64,000 nt of DNA, from contig OZ004611.1 of NCBI GenBank assembly GCA_963924565.1, positions 19,592,001 through 19,656,000 on the forward strand. The letters run 5' to 3'. The notes beneath the pieces are model-generated. The model was given only the letters and a program-made list of their open reading frames with translations, was not told the DNA's origin and did no database searches. This document shows positions 50,101-62,223 of this stretch, one piece after another. The position numbers and the translations under genes are program-made. Origin of the DNA: Ascidiella aspersa (taxonomy: Eukaryota). Every line of letters starts with the position of its first letter. Within the stretch, counting starts at the first letter, position 1.

Positions 50101-53100
50101 AATACTTTTTATTTGTCTTTATTATGTTTTGGGTTCGTTTAAAGGAAATCCGTTCATATCAAAGGCTAGCTATTGCGCCGCGTGACTAGCAAAATCTAAG
50201 AAGTCCAATTTTTTGACAAATTAGAATGTAAAAGCCGGTATTTATAACAATATGCGACTCTTTTTATGTGCATAATGTCCATTCTTACAACTGAAAAGAA
50301 TTGCCTATTTTAACCAATGATAAACGATTTTTTTTTTTATTATATTTTTTGGACTAGATTTTAGTTTCAGATTCGCGCACGAGTTCAGTAGAGAACAATT
50401 TGCATTTTTAGGTTTAAGTATGTCATGGCGTAAGGTTCTGACGTAACTTTCTGACGTCATCAAGATTGTACACCGCTGCCATATAGACATAAAAAGCATT
50501 GATCCTATTTTATACTGCAACCCCCGGCCCCTAGGCTTAGTACCTATCATAAGTACAAAATTAGGTGACCCAAGAGCGTTCAGTTGTAGCTATAATCGCA
50601 AGGTGATAGGCAACTGTTTTTTTTTTCAAATTACCTTGTAAACTTGGAACATAATTTATGTCTACTGCACTTCTCTTAAATTGATGTATTCTGACCTGTG
50701 AGACTATCTACTGTAGGCCTAACTGTTTCCTTTTTATCATACAATAAATAAGTTACATTTTGTAAAAAAATTACGTTATAGAAAACGTATAAGGCCACTT
50801 TCGAAATCAGCATTTAAAAGAATATACTGTTGCTGCCAGGCATTATATTAATTATAAAGAGGGTTCTTCCGACAATTATTTATGCTGTACCGACGTTTCG
50901 ATAACCTATCCAGGTAATCCTCATCAGGGCATATAAACTTGTAACCTTGCAGAGGTATATATTCAGTGAAGAAAAAAGACGAAAAAACAGTATATATATA
51001 TATACCTCTGCAAGGTTACAAGTTTATATGCCCTGATGAAGATTACCTGGATAGGTTATCGAAACGTCGGTACAGAATAAATAATTGTCGGAAGATCAAC
51101 ATTTAAAAGTTAATCGAAATAAGTCTCTTTTTGTAAACAGCAAATAATTTTATTTTGGACCAGTGTCAGTGTAATCTTTTTGCACCCAATTCACCAATTT
51201 AATCCAACTTTATATTAAAAGATTGTTTTAAGCTACACCTAAGATAGTCGGAAAATTTAATATATAATTTTAACCCTTTAATAATGCAAACCATTAGGCC
51301 TATGTTTCACAGCACCTGCAAATTTATTACATTAACTCCTTATTTAGGTATTACGTAGCCTATATTTATGGATAACTAAAATAATTGTAAAAACATACAT
51401 TTATCCAGTAAAATGTCCAATGATGGAAGTTTGATTAGAAGAATTGAATGACAACCGGCCTTATGACGTAATATTTCGATGTAATAAAAAACTTGTTAAT
51501 TTTTATCTTGACAGTGCATCATCTGCCTTCCTTCAGTCTACGACGACATTTTTCTCACGCTGCCTGTCGTCATAGGAACCTATCCGGAAGCGCTAACGTC
51601 GCTCATGCGCAACCTAAATATTTTGCCTCAAAAGGGTACAACGTTACGACCGATTCCAAGTGCCGATTTGGATTCGCCAGAGTTTGCTAGTTCAATAGAG
51701 GAAGGTACTAACCACGTATAATTTTAATCTTGAAAAGTGTATCCCTAAGTTTGTACACAAATCTAAACTCATTGCGTGAATTTACACTTTTGGTTTTGGT
51801 AATTAAAGTTTGTATTTCCTTTTGACAAATCCAATATTTACGCACGGTAAATTACATTAATTACAGTATGAATAACTTACAGCTTATAAATTTTAGCATA
51901 ACAGTTTTGCACTTTTATGATGAACTATATCCTTAAATAGTTATTGCTATCAATAACACTGATCAACAGAATTTTTTCACAATATTAACAACTATTTCTT
52001 GGTAAATTATATGTTGCTGAGTTCAAGTGTGATGTCAGAATTTCAAGATAATTGCACTTTTTTTTATGTTTGCAGCAAAACAAAATTATATTTAACGATA
52101 TATTCGGTGAATTATCTTTAACGATATATTTATAACCTAATAATAATTTCAGCATTACAACTTCAGAGTTTTGATTGTATCAGCTTTTGTAACTTCATAA
52201 TTTGTCTAATGACAGCCTGTTACACGCAGTTCAAAGGTACTGTGTCAGGTGGCTGTGTGATTGTTTTTTTAGGTTGTTACATGCTTGTGAATTACACTTA
52301 AGCACAGCTATATGTAGCCTATAGTTAAGCTAATTAGTGTTAGTTATATTTCACAAGGATTATTTTCAGTTTGTTGTTTTTGTCATTAAGGTAGCCCTAA
52401 ATTAGTCTGTGTACAACTGGAAATATGTGGAGATTTAAAAGTGATATCCCTTCTCTCGGAAATGCAATTGCGTTATATACAAAACACATGTGCTTTTTAT
52501 GTCTTTGAGACGGTCGACAGGACTGTTTTCCTGAGCTGTAGAAAGTTTTAATTGTATATAACTCAAAAGTTGGTATGATAAAATGCAAACTAGCCTCCTG
52601 GCGTTTACTTTATAAAATGTAAGAAGCAATTAAGCTGTGGCCTTCAGTATTACAAATTATGTTTTACCGTCCCCCGTATTTTTGCTAAAACCGCTTTTTA
52701 TAGCTAATATGGTAAAAAGTATGATCGTAGCAAATCAACTTGTAAGTTTTTTTAAATATAACTTCGGAAGAGTGAAAAATATTCGTGATGCTTCGAGAAT
52801 AAAATATTAGTCACCTAGCGTTATACCGAAAGCAAAGTCGGTAATAAGGGCCATGCACAAAGAAATAAACATTTTTCCAATTGGATAGTTTTTCCCCCCT
52901 AATATCGTGGTAATCGGAAAAAAAGGAATAAAAGTATTTTTCTATCTTTCTTATTCGTAGTTAATTTAGGCTGAAGGTGCCATGAGTCGCCTAAATACTT
53001 AACATATCCAATGAACAAAAAGGATTAACGCCAACGTAAAAGGTTTAGAACTAAAAGCAAAGTAATTAAATCCAACGTAACAACTCATACGACAATATGG

Positions 53101-54741
53101 CTGTTAAAGTACCAATATTTTAAGGATTTTATTCATTACTATAGACTTTTGCATATTGGCGACCTAGCCGTATTGACTTGGCGAGTCACACTACATTCCT
53201 AAAATCTGAAATACAATACAAACGTAATAGCCGCAGAAAACGTGACATAGGCATATGGTTTGGGCATCCCTAACTTGGGTTATCGTTTAGAAAAATAAAA
53301 ACTTCAAGGTAAATGACTTTAATTTCAGTATTTGTTAAAAGCTTTTGCTAATTCGTTCCAGTCCGTGAATTCCCATCAATGGACAACCTACACTCGACCC
53401 AGTACGACAACAATTCGGACGAATCAGATTCGTCAGATGGCGAAGCGTTCGAAGACCTTTCTCACGGTATTGTGAACCCTGGCTACCAATCGTCGTCCAA
53501 CATTGAAAGCACAACGTCAGCTGGTGAGACAATTACCTATACCAGCGGCCGGGAACCTATGGCTCGCGAGCTACATATGGCTCTTTTGGTGATGCCATAT
53601 GGCTCTTTTAATGAGGGAATTTTGCCGGCAAATAAATCGAAACTATCATTCTAGCATGATGCGAATAAAACTGCACGCCGTCATGGCCCCTTTCCAATCT
53701 GTACTTTTCATTTTTTAAACAAGACGAGAAGCAATTTTTTCAGCGCTTTGCGCGAATCCTATTTGTCTATTGGTAGCTGTTAGTACGTTAGATTGAATCT
53801 ATTATTGTTCCAAAGGTCATGTTAGTATCATGACATTCTGTAATTAAAGTTTCGTACACTTGGCCAATGCACTTTTTTGCGCTTATATGCCCTGTCTTCT
53901 AAATGAGAACATAACAAACAGTCCTGATCAAAACACCATTTTGTTTCAACATAAACTCGATGTTAAAACATGTTATATGACTCTTATCAAAATGATTCCG
54001 CTTTTATGGCTCCCTTAGGTAAAAAGGTTTCCGACCCCTGGTCTATACGATTCGTAAGCTAAGTTGGACTATAATAGTAGGCCTACATGTTCAGGACTTT
54101 TATAGTGCATGTTCAGGTTTTCGCCCAAAACATTTTTAAATCGGGCAAGCACATTGACCTTCAAGCAAATTCAAAAACCTATAATTTTTTGACACGTCTT
54201 CTAGCGCAGTGATTTTCAACCAGTGTTCCGCGCAACACTACAGCATTATAAGAAAGATCGTCAAGTGTTTCGCCAGAAATTAAATATTTTGACTAACGTT
54301 CCACGGAACACCGATCAAAAATTACTGCTGTTTAACACAATGGGCGTAAGTTGCTTTTATTTGATGAAAGCAATTGCCACTTTGAATGATTCATCGCGTT
54401 TTAAGTTTTTAAAGAGAAAAGTTCCAAAAAGTTATTTGACTTTAATAGAAAAAATAGCCTACTTATCTTTTTTAATTATTATTTTTATGACAAAAATGCA
54501 GATAAAGATTGTCGGAGAATGTAAAAACTGGCGCTTATAGGTTTTAGCAAAAATATTATTTTTACTATTGTTTAACATTTTGCTTACAGGCTCAAGCTCA
54601 CCAAAAAAACAGCCAAAGGTGATAGCTTACGAACTTCTGGAGCCCAATAAGTGGATGGTGCATTACAAACGATGCGGCTCTTTGCTCAAACCCAGCAAAA
54701 CTGCCCGGGTGACAGAACGCCTGTCTCTGGACAACAGCTGA
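41140..54741 (+). CDS. Alpha-arrestin (arrestin-domain-containing protein), 9 coding exons, ~436 aa
   Basis: Exons 41140-41245, 41608-41709, 42407-42522, 43346-43450, 45129-45274, 46716-46947, 51515-51704, 53362-53523, 54590-54741, phases consistent. Arrestin_N motifs: FRPGDCVTGHV and IPFKHRLPSPIPPS..G...IRYSVEA. Arrestin_C motifs: KRGYYPGEEVAIQMAVVNNS, ILSVKYEIQ, LTLPVVIGTYP. The last two exons are less certain. Confidence 0.8.
41262..41381. mobile_element. Short degraded hAT-type MITE
   Basis: CAGGGGTTC...GGGAACGCTG ends with GGGGTCC motifs shared with 42589-42962. Confidence 0.45.
42589..42962. mobile_element. hAT-type MITE
   Basis: CAGGGGTACTTAAACT...AGTTGAAGAACCCCTG TIRs; GGGGTCC subterminal motifs; TSD not evident. 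Confidence 0.65.
48050..48470 (-). pseudogene. Decayed DNA transposase fragment, Sola2-like
   Basis: Frameshifted minus-strand peptides LLPP.H, GIFVG, VV.NFL, KVHLLQRHLDYFPEN, ERFH. They match my recollection of the Sola2-type transposase C-terminus; family assignment not verified. Confidence 0.5.
48626..48674 (+). ncRNA. Minimal hammerhead-like motif (third family)
   Basis: CTGACGA-A-GGCTTGC-CGTGTA-GTAAGCC-GAAAC-GTT with a 7-bp stem II. Confidence 0.55.
48718..49820 (-). mobile_element. Degenerate Ty3/Gypsy LTR retrotransposon 5' part (CsRn1-like): LTR, PBS, gag, protease
   Basis: Minus strand. 71-bp LTR TGTAGCG...AATAAA...CGCTTCA (49750-49820); PBS TGGTAACCCCG (tRNA-Trp-like); gag MEAEHAVSIKLPTFW...VEAQF from ATG 49706; CHCC-type knuckle (YH..FG.DA..C..PC); protease YLVDTG, then WRFVLADVSRPLRGADFL. 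Stops and frameshifts present; no RT or integrase. Confidence 0.8.
50865..51095. repeat. ~97-bp inverted repeat; each arm carries a minimal hammerhead ribozyme (Penelope-like remnant)
   Basis: Arms 50865-50961 and 50999-51095 are nearly identical. Core: CC-CTGATGA-(A/G)-GATTACC-TGGATA-GGTTATC-GAAAC-GTC-GG. Confidence 0.8.
53543..54040. mobile_element. hAT-type MITE in the last intron of the arrestin gene
   Basis: CAGCGGCCGGGAACCT...AGGTTTCCGACCCCTG; near-TSD ACCTATAC/GTCTATAC; ATGGCTC subterminal repeats. Confidence 0.7.
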
Positions 54742-56834
54742 AACGGCGCAGGTCGCAAGATCAAATCTTGCTTTAACGGACGCAAAATTCATTTCTACCT
54801 TGATGCACAACAACAATCAGCGTCGGCACTATGCATTTCGTTTAAATTGTGTGAAAATATAGCGTCTTCAAATGTCAAAACTAGTAAAACGTGCAATAAG
54901 GATTTCCCTTTACAGTTTGAACGGAGCGTTTAAAGTCTGCTTGCCTTTCATCATATACATCGTATCTTGTTTCATAATTTTTAACGTCTTCTAACCAGCA
55001 GCACATTGCGGTCAGAAATACCAGTCCGAATTACAACACTTAGGCTACTGAACTAAGTAGTGATAATCATTCGAAAAATCTGCACCTCTAACCACACACA
55101 CACTTATATTTGAGCAAACGGTACACTGACTCTTTAGAATTAGTCTCAATATGCGTACAAAGTATATTTATTTGTGGCTTTTAACGCAGTCATACAATTG
55201 ACGACCAACATAGCAATCATAAGAGTTGTTGACCAATAGGTCATCATTCTACATGCTTTCCTTATTCAAAGTTTTGAAGATCGACCTACAAACGCCGTTT
55301 AACGGTTGGTTGTTTTGTTTTTGACGTGGTGACATGTGGTAAATCCCACTTGTAAGATTGAAGGGGGTCCGTGCATGTGATGGTCTTTGTCTGAAGAATA
55401 TGTGCAGCTATTTATAATGTAAGCAAGTGTAGATTTATTACAAGCATTGCATGGATCATTGCCAAAATCTGGTTATATTTGTTACTGTCGATTTAACCGT
55501 ATTTTATGTCTATTTTTTTTATTTTAAATACTTTTGAAGCCACTGTTTTTAGGCGCGTTAGAGCTATAGTGATAATGGTTGAATTCTATTCGGTAGTGGA
55601 AACATGATATTCGGTCAAAACCGGAATCGGAGAATGAAACAAAAAACGTTAAAACACTGTTGATCTCTTTGAAAGCCCCAAGACCTCATTGAACTATTCT
55701 CAGTGCTTCTACGACATATGTGCAATGTGCATGCCTCTTTCCACACACATGATCGCGTAGGCTATCATGTTACCGGCTGTAATCGACGAGGTTTCGTTTT
55801 CAATAAAACTTTGAAGATCCCCGAATCAAAATTCACAATAAAAAACATATAAAAACAAGAAAATCGTAACAATTCACAAAACATAAACAGAGGTTTTATA
55901 TGTGTTGGACTTTTGGTGTAACCATATCCTAAAAAAATAAATTCATTTTGCCATCACAAGAAGTGTGGTAATACTCGATGTGGTGTTAACCTAGGTTGTA
56001 CCACAGTCTAGGGTCATAAGAGACTGCATAATATGTCGATGAACGCCGTGCAGCACAACTTGTATCTAATCTATTAGAACAAAGTGAATCACGAGTTATT
56101 TGGGGACGGCAAAGAAATGAGGAAATTTGCTTAGGCGGAAATGGTGCTTCGGGTTCGAATTCACAGGCTGGTGATACAGAAAATGCCGCCGTGGCAGTAA
56201 GAGCCTTTATTGAGCCTAAAAACGCCTTTTGTTGGCACTTTTGTGTGCCGTCAAAAATTTTTGTTTGAATTTTTAAAGGTTGTTATTTCCGTTTTCACCT
56301 GATCTCCAAACTATGCTAGAAAAAACAAAACATGTGTACCTTGAACAAAACCAGACTGTTGTAAACTCTAGGTGTAGGCTGATAAGCTTTAATTGATTAC
56401 ACGGCGTTCCACTGATTACCAATAATACAGTCGTGCGTAAACGAACGTCGGACTTAAGGCCTTTGGATTGGTTGCGTGTAACCGAACGGATAAGGAAAAA
56501 CATCGCCCAACCAAGCATACCTTCCTACTCATGTAACGTTTCCTAGTTTATAGTGAGGCAAAACAACAACAACACGAACAAACGTGTTCGACTTATAGTG
56601 TAAAAGCGTGTTGGCATGGCGTATGTGTTGCGTAAAACAAGACACAGTGTGGAAGCATTCCATCAAATAAAAAAAAATATTTTAGCTCTTTTAGGATAAA
56701 GTTAAAATATATTTCACACAGTTTAGGACTGGCCTAAAGGTTTTTAACCTAAGAAGAAACATTTAAATTACACCCTTTCAAAACTACTGTGGTAAATTAA
56801 TAAATAAACAAAACTAGAAAGGCCTGGGTACATT

Positions 56835-56950
56835 ATACACGGATCTGTAATGTAGCTTGATAATAATTTGCTAAGCCAAAAAGGTCGAGTAAATCGACAA
56901 CATCTTGATTAAGACGTTTCGATACGAGCTTGTATAATCTTCAGTTAATA
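56835..56950 (-). repeat. Family A minimal hammerhead repeat
   Basis: Minus strand ATTAA-CTGAAGA-TTATAC-AAGCTC-GTATC-GAAAC-GTC-TTAAT with a perfect 5-bp stem I; homologous to 31897-32021. Confidence 0.7.
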
Positions 56951-58926
56951 TTTCAGTTAGAAAGACCTAATGTTAGCATTTCAATGAACCTTAACACTTT
57001 GATTATGAAAGAGCATATAGAGTTATAAGGTATCTTAAATTACTGTCAGAAGTAGTGCGTCTAAACGTTTTTATTTCACGAACAATAATCCACGATCCGC
57101 GCCTCGTACGAATAAAGGCAGTCTCCTTTTATTTAATTTAGCCAAGTAGACTAGCTGTGTGTGCATGGTATTTAATTTTCTTCTACGCCTTCCTAAAAAC
57201 ATTCAACAATAAAGCAAGCAAATAGTGAACTATACCTTATAAAGAGAGAAACGTTGTTAAATTCTCTTCAAAAACAAATAGTTTTATGTAGAAAAATATA
57301 CATTTCACCTCACATAGCTGTATAGCTTACATTTCCGTGGTCATTTTATTGCCCTCCCACACACATTCTCCTCCATTCCTAAAAGCTATAAACAATTAAA
57401 TGAAGAAGTTTACTGATACATCTACATGTATTTCAGCCAACAATATTATGTGACAACACGTCACGTTGTAAGAATATATATTAAGAATCCGTACACCAGA
57501 AAATTTATGGTTGTCGTACCACAATATACATGTCAGACGTGTTGCATATTAAGCCTACCGCCTTTGGCAAAAGTGCGTGTCGAATTGAAGGCAACACCCA
57601 CAATTGTTGAACGCTAAGGCGAGAAGTTTGCGGGTCAAATCACTCAAAGGGGCAGACACTTTTTCAGTAGAAGTGCACCTTCAATACACAGGGGTTAGGC
57701 AAAAAATCGGCGCGGGGAGGGTGAATATAAAGGTGCAACGCTTATCCTACTGGATCCTCACAAAGTAAAACAAGATGAATATTGTTTACAAGCATCGAAA
57801 CAGCAACCCGCCCGAATTTATTGCAAATGATTGAACTTTTTAGCAGGCTACATGCGTCAAACGTCTTAACAGCATTCAGAAAAATAATAATTCATGTGAA
57901 AGTCGCAGAACTTTCATGAATATAAATACTTAATGACAACGTAGTAAGAATGTGTAGCACTAGTATTGGATGGTATAATAGAATATCTCGGTATTCGTAG
58001 TATAGAGTGTGTCGGTGCAGATCAAATACCAAATTTATTACAGCATTTAACAGCACGTTTTCAACTATAAAAGGTATATTTTTAAAATAAAAGACAAAAA
58101 GCATTAGGCTTGAAGATTTTATTTCAATTCGGTTTTCCTATTTAACCTTTTAGTAATGACGTAATTTGGTATCAGATCGGATCAGCGGTTTAATATATTT
58201 GACTACTAAAAAAGTATAGCCTTGCCTTGCGAAACCAAATTTTCTGCCATGTTTTACCTTTCCTCCTTAACCCAAATTCGAACTAGGCTCTACTTGGACG
58301 TAGGTAAGTAACAATAAAAAGGTTCGTCTCTTATTTTTATTTCCTGGCGATGAAAGAAATTTACAGTACCGCCCATTTTCGTAACGGTTCGCTTCTTTTC
58401 GGAAGGCTCGACGAGCTAGACTCTATACTGCTAGAGAGAACCTGATTGGTCGACCTGGTGTATCGCTTGGAATGGCTTGTGTCACATCTCATGCACATTC
58501 GTTTGATTGTATGTTGCCCAAGTTGACATGAAATCTTCGCTTATCGTTTTTAATTATTCTTTTGTGCGTCTCCACAAATTTGAACAGCTTATGTAGGCCT
58601 AACTTGTCTCCGTTGTGTTTTCTTGTCAGGGCAGTCCTCTGCTTTCAAAAAGACCCCACGCACCGACACACATAACCTGCACTGCCAAATGAAGCTTGAA
58701 AAACTAAACGTTTGTTAAAATTTTATTTAAACATGTAGTAAAACCTAGGGCTCTTTGCAAGATTAACCAGCCATAAATGGTTCTACACGTATAAGAAAAT
58801 ATATAGTTAGTAACATTTCTTTTTTAAAGCGCGTCATCGATAACGACTGTTTTGCCAATATTTGCTACTTTGACCGTAGTTCATATCAATAAGTATCAAA
58901 TATTATGTTATAAATAGCAATCTATA

Positions 58927-59212
58927 ATTAGTAACATCGAAGTCGCTGCTTTCCGAGCAAGCGTTGTTTGCTACAACAATTTAGTCGGGCCACCGGCAAT
59001 TTGACGCGATATAACTGAGTAAATAACAAATAATAAATAGGATAATTTTTCTGGGCAACTTACGTATGGTTTGTTCGATTGCATGTATGCATGTTTACCA
59101 GTAAAAAAATAAAAAAATATTTACAAGATTAACCTATAAATAGCTAACTATCATTAGTAACATCGAAGTCGCTGCTTTCCGAGCAAGCGTTGTTTGCCAA
59201 AACAATTTAGTC
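58927..59212 (+). repeat. 60-bp direct repeat pair
   Basis: ATTAGTAACATCGAAGTCGCTGCTTTCCGAGCAAGCGTTGTTTGC...AACAATTTAGTC at 58927-58986 and 59153-59212. Confidence 0.8.
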
Positions 59213-61144
59213 TATAATTCATTTTTTTCAAGGTCAAGATATATAGATGAAAACCAAACTTCAATATGCCGCAAGAAACACAATAACGAAAGTTAGTAGA
59301 ACCACAGCAGCTCGTTTTGGGTTGACCATCCAAGCTTACGATAAAACAACGTGCAGTCGTTCCCGCTGGACGGCCTACTAACAAAAAGTGTAAGGAAACA
59401 TTCACAAATTCATTTTTACGTTTGAGGTGTAGCTTTAAAATCTAGTATAAAACAAAACAGCAAGTATAGTTTTCAAAATTTTCAGGCTTTGGTAGATTGT
59501 TCGCATGTCTACCCTAATTCAGGGATGGTCAAACAGTATACAACTCGCGGAGGATATAACGCAAACAGTTAGATTAGTGTATTCCTCAACAGATTTGTAA
59601 TGTAGAGGTGTAAGTGATCGAAGCTGGGCGTGATTTGACCAGGAGTAAATATGGTAATAAACGGGTGACATTCGGACAGGAGTGCACGCGACAACGCCTA
59701 ATACGCCGCTAAATTACAGCTGTGAATTTAACGTTACGTCGCACGCCCCCGCAAAAGCCATCGACAACCAATCATCGTGCGGCAGCAGCAACGGAATAGC
59801 GTGTTCGCCAGAACTTCGAGCAATTCGCAAAAAACGTCGATCTGAAGCAGTGGTTTTATGTCATGTGTCAGTTTATGGTGCACTTTTCTGGCGGCGCTCT
59901 TCTCAGTAATCGACGGTCGGACACTCACACGAGCGACCTCTTCCAGTCATTGTCCGCCCGTACGTCTTTTTTCCGGCGTTGCCAGCACAATAAGGGCAAC
60001 TTGTATATAGCGGCCGAGAAAAGTTTTGAGCCCCGCGGCGGCGCTGACTTTGCACACGACACTGACGTACTCGCCCTGTGTCACCATGCCGGGTGCAAAA
60101 GAGCACTTCTTCTGCGGCGCTTTAGCCTGGCGCGAATCTACTCACACCCCCGGCGATTTTCCATGCACCGACAAAGGGCGTAATCGAGTGCGTCGCAGTA
60201 CAACTGCAAAGAACCTAGCGAAACCCCATTTCAGGTGTCGGATTTCGGTGTAAGTACGCGATCACCGAAAGGGGTAAGCGTTTGTTATCTCGGTTTAGTG
60301 TTACAACTTTGTGGTAACGTTTAGCAGAGGTCGTATATAACGGAAAAAGAGTTAAATGTAAGGAGCAGATTCAGCTAGTAAAAACGAAAATAAGTAAACT
60401 GGTTTGGCGAAGTCGTCAAGCAAAATGATGCAAAGGTAGCAAAGCTCGCACGAATAACGTTTGTAATAGCGCTTTAACTTTCGATTTACTCGCTGTGACA
60501 AATCCACAGGGTAATGCATGTATTAGGGAGGTTGCCCTTGATGGGACGTTGCCTGAGTCGGGACTTGGTGGTTACGTCGACGTGCCATTAGTTAGCGCCA
60601 ATTCCTAATTATTATTTGAAGCACCCCATGGTAGCCGTCGTTTTAGCACAACAAAATTTCGGTAGGCGGTCGGCGTTTTTACAACATATCAATCTAAAGA
60701 AAATAGGGGTGTTTATTGCTAATTTTATTGTTTTTATATCTATATTATTTTGTATTTTTTGAAGTTGCATAAAATTGACTTTTACTAATATATATGTAAT
60801 TTACAAGGCCTAATTATGCAAGTCATTTTTTTAATTTATCTTGTACCCATAAACAGTCAGTATATTTTCTTTATATGGCGCTGTAGGCTGCGTAAGATAG
60901 GACAGGTCGTCCCCATCTAAGAAACCATTTGTTGTAACCTGCATTTTAGGTTATTGTCACCAAAAAGGGCTACATAGCCAATGATTGATTTTTTACTCGT
61001 TTTAGCAGTGTTTCTTAACCTTGTGTTAGCTAGGCCTACCATATGTCTTTTTTTAGGAGGATTTCCTCTTTTTTTTAAATAAATGGTCCTCCGAGGACGC
61101 TCAAAAATGTCCAAATGTCCTCTTTTTGTCTATTTAGTCTATAA

Positions 61145-62223
61145 CAGCGATTCTTAACCGGGGGGCACCCCACTAGGGGGGCGCCAAGCATTTCTTAGGG
61201 GGCGCGAGCTGTAAGTTAATATTTCATTTTTTTGCAATGATTTTAATCATTACGGCCCTATTTAATTACAATTTTACTAACTTATAGATATACTATAAAA
61301 CTCATCCACCTTAACTAGTTTTTAATCATATTTTATATAATAGGCTATAGCAGTGATTCTCAACCGCGGCTCTCAGAGCCGCATGCGGCTCTCAAGTGTA
61401 CATTTTGCGGCTCTCTAACCGAGTGAAAAATTAGTTAGAAGTAGCAGAATTGCAACAAAGTAAGTAAGAGAAATCAAGAATTAATGAATTGTATCAGCAA
61501 GGATTCCGAGTACGAAGTACTAATGTTATCGGGTACTTCCATCCGGCTCTTTAAAATAATTTTGTGGTTTGTTACGTCACATTATATTTAGTCCTGATCG
61601 ACAAGCTATGGCAAACAGTGTTAATTAGTTAGCCTAGGCTAGCGTAATGTATATTTGATGTTTTCTTGGTGCTTTCTTAATATTTTTTAATTATATGCCT
61701 ACTGTTGTTTTTTATGCGGCTCCTTGCAAACATTAGGTTTGAAATGCGGCTCTTGCTCTAAAAAAGGTTGAGAATCACTGGGCATAGCATCAGGGTGACT
61801 CAAACTTTTTTCGCGAATCGATAAATTTTGCAAAATTGCCGTTGTATTGTGTGTCGTCACATATTTTGAAACATGATAACGCAATGTTTACCTTTTTCGC
61901 TCGACTATTTTATTTGTGCTCGACATCACAGCCTTACAACTGTAAAGTATATGCCATCACAACACGTTTGTAAAAATCAGCTCGTGCACCAGCAATTTGT
62001 TGTGTGCCCAATGCTGAAAGCCTCCTGAATTTACAGTTTAGCGCCAATTCAACCACTTAAACTCAATTTTTTTTGCGCTTAGCGCGACCGAAACCAATCT
62101 TTATTATATTCAAGTTGTCTCAGTGATATTTCATTATAGAAGGCCGAATTGCGTTTTGTAGGGGGTGCAAGCCATAGGAAAATTACCAAAGGTGCGCGGC
62201 TGAAAAAAGGCTAAGAACCGCTG
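61145..62223. mobile_element. Nested hAT-type MITE
   Basis: CAGCGATTCTTAACC...GGCTAAGAACCGCTG; near-TSD GTCTATAA/GTCTATCG. Confidence 0.7.
61351..61780. mobile_element. Innermost nested hAT-type MITE
   Basis: Perfect 15-bp TIR CAGTGATTCTCAACC...GGTTGAGAATCACTG; GCGGCTC subterminal repeats; near-TSD GGCTATAG/GGC-ATAG. Confidence 0.8.

Noticed and set aside
53524-53654. C-terminal part of ORF 53379-53654 as the arrestin's true end
   Set aside because: It reads into a hAT MITE starting at 53543; a donor at 53524 splices in phase to exon 54590-54741.
56130-56200. GGTTCGAATTC B-box-like motif suggesting a tRNA
   Set aside because: No cloverleaf could be built; at most a decayed tRNA-derived SINE fragment.
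12749-59212. Short direct repeats (12749, 17305, 39160, 58927) as CRISPR-like arrays
   Set aside because: Only two copies each, no spacer series, eukaryotic context.
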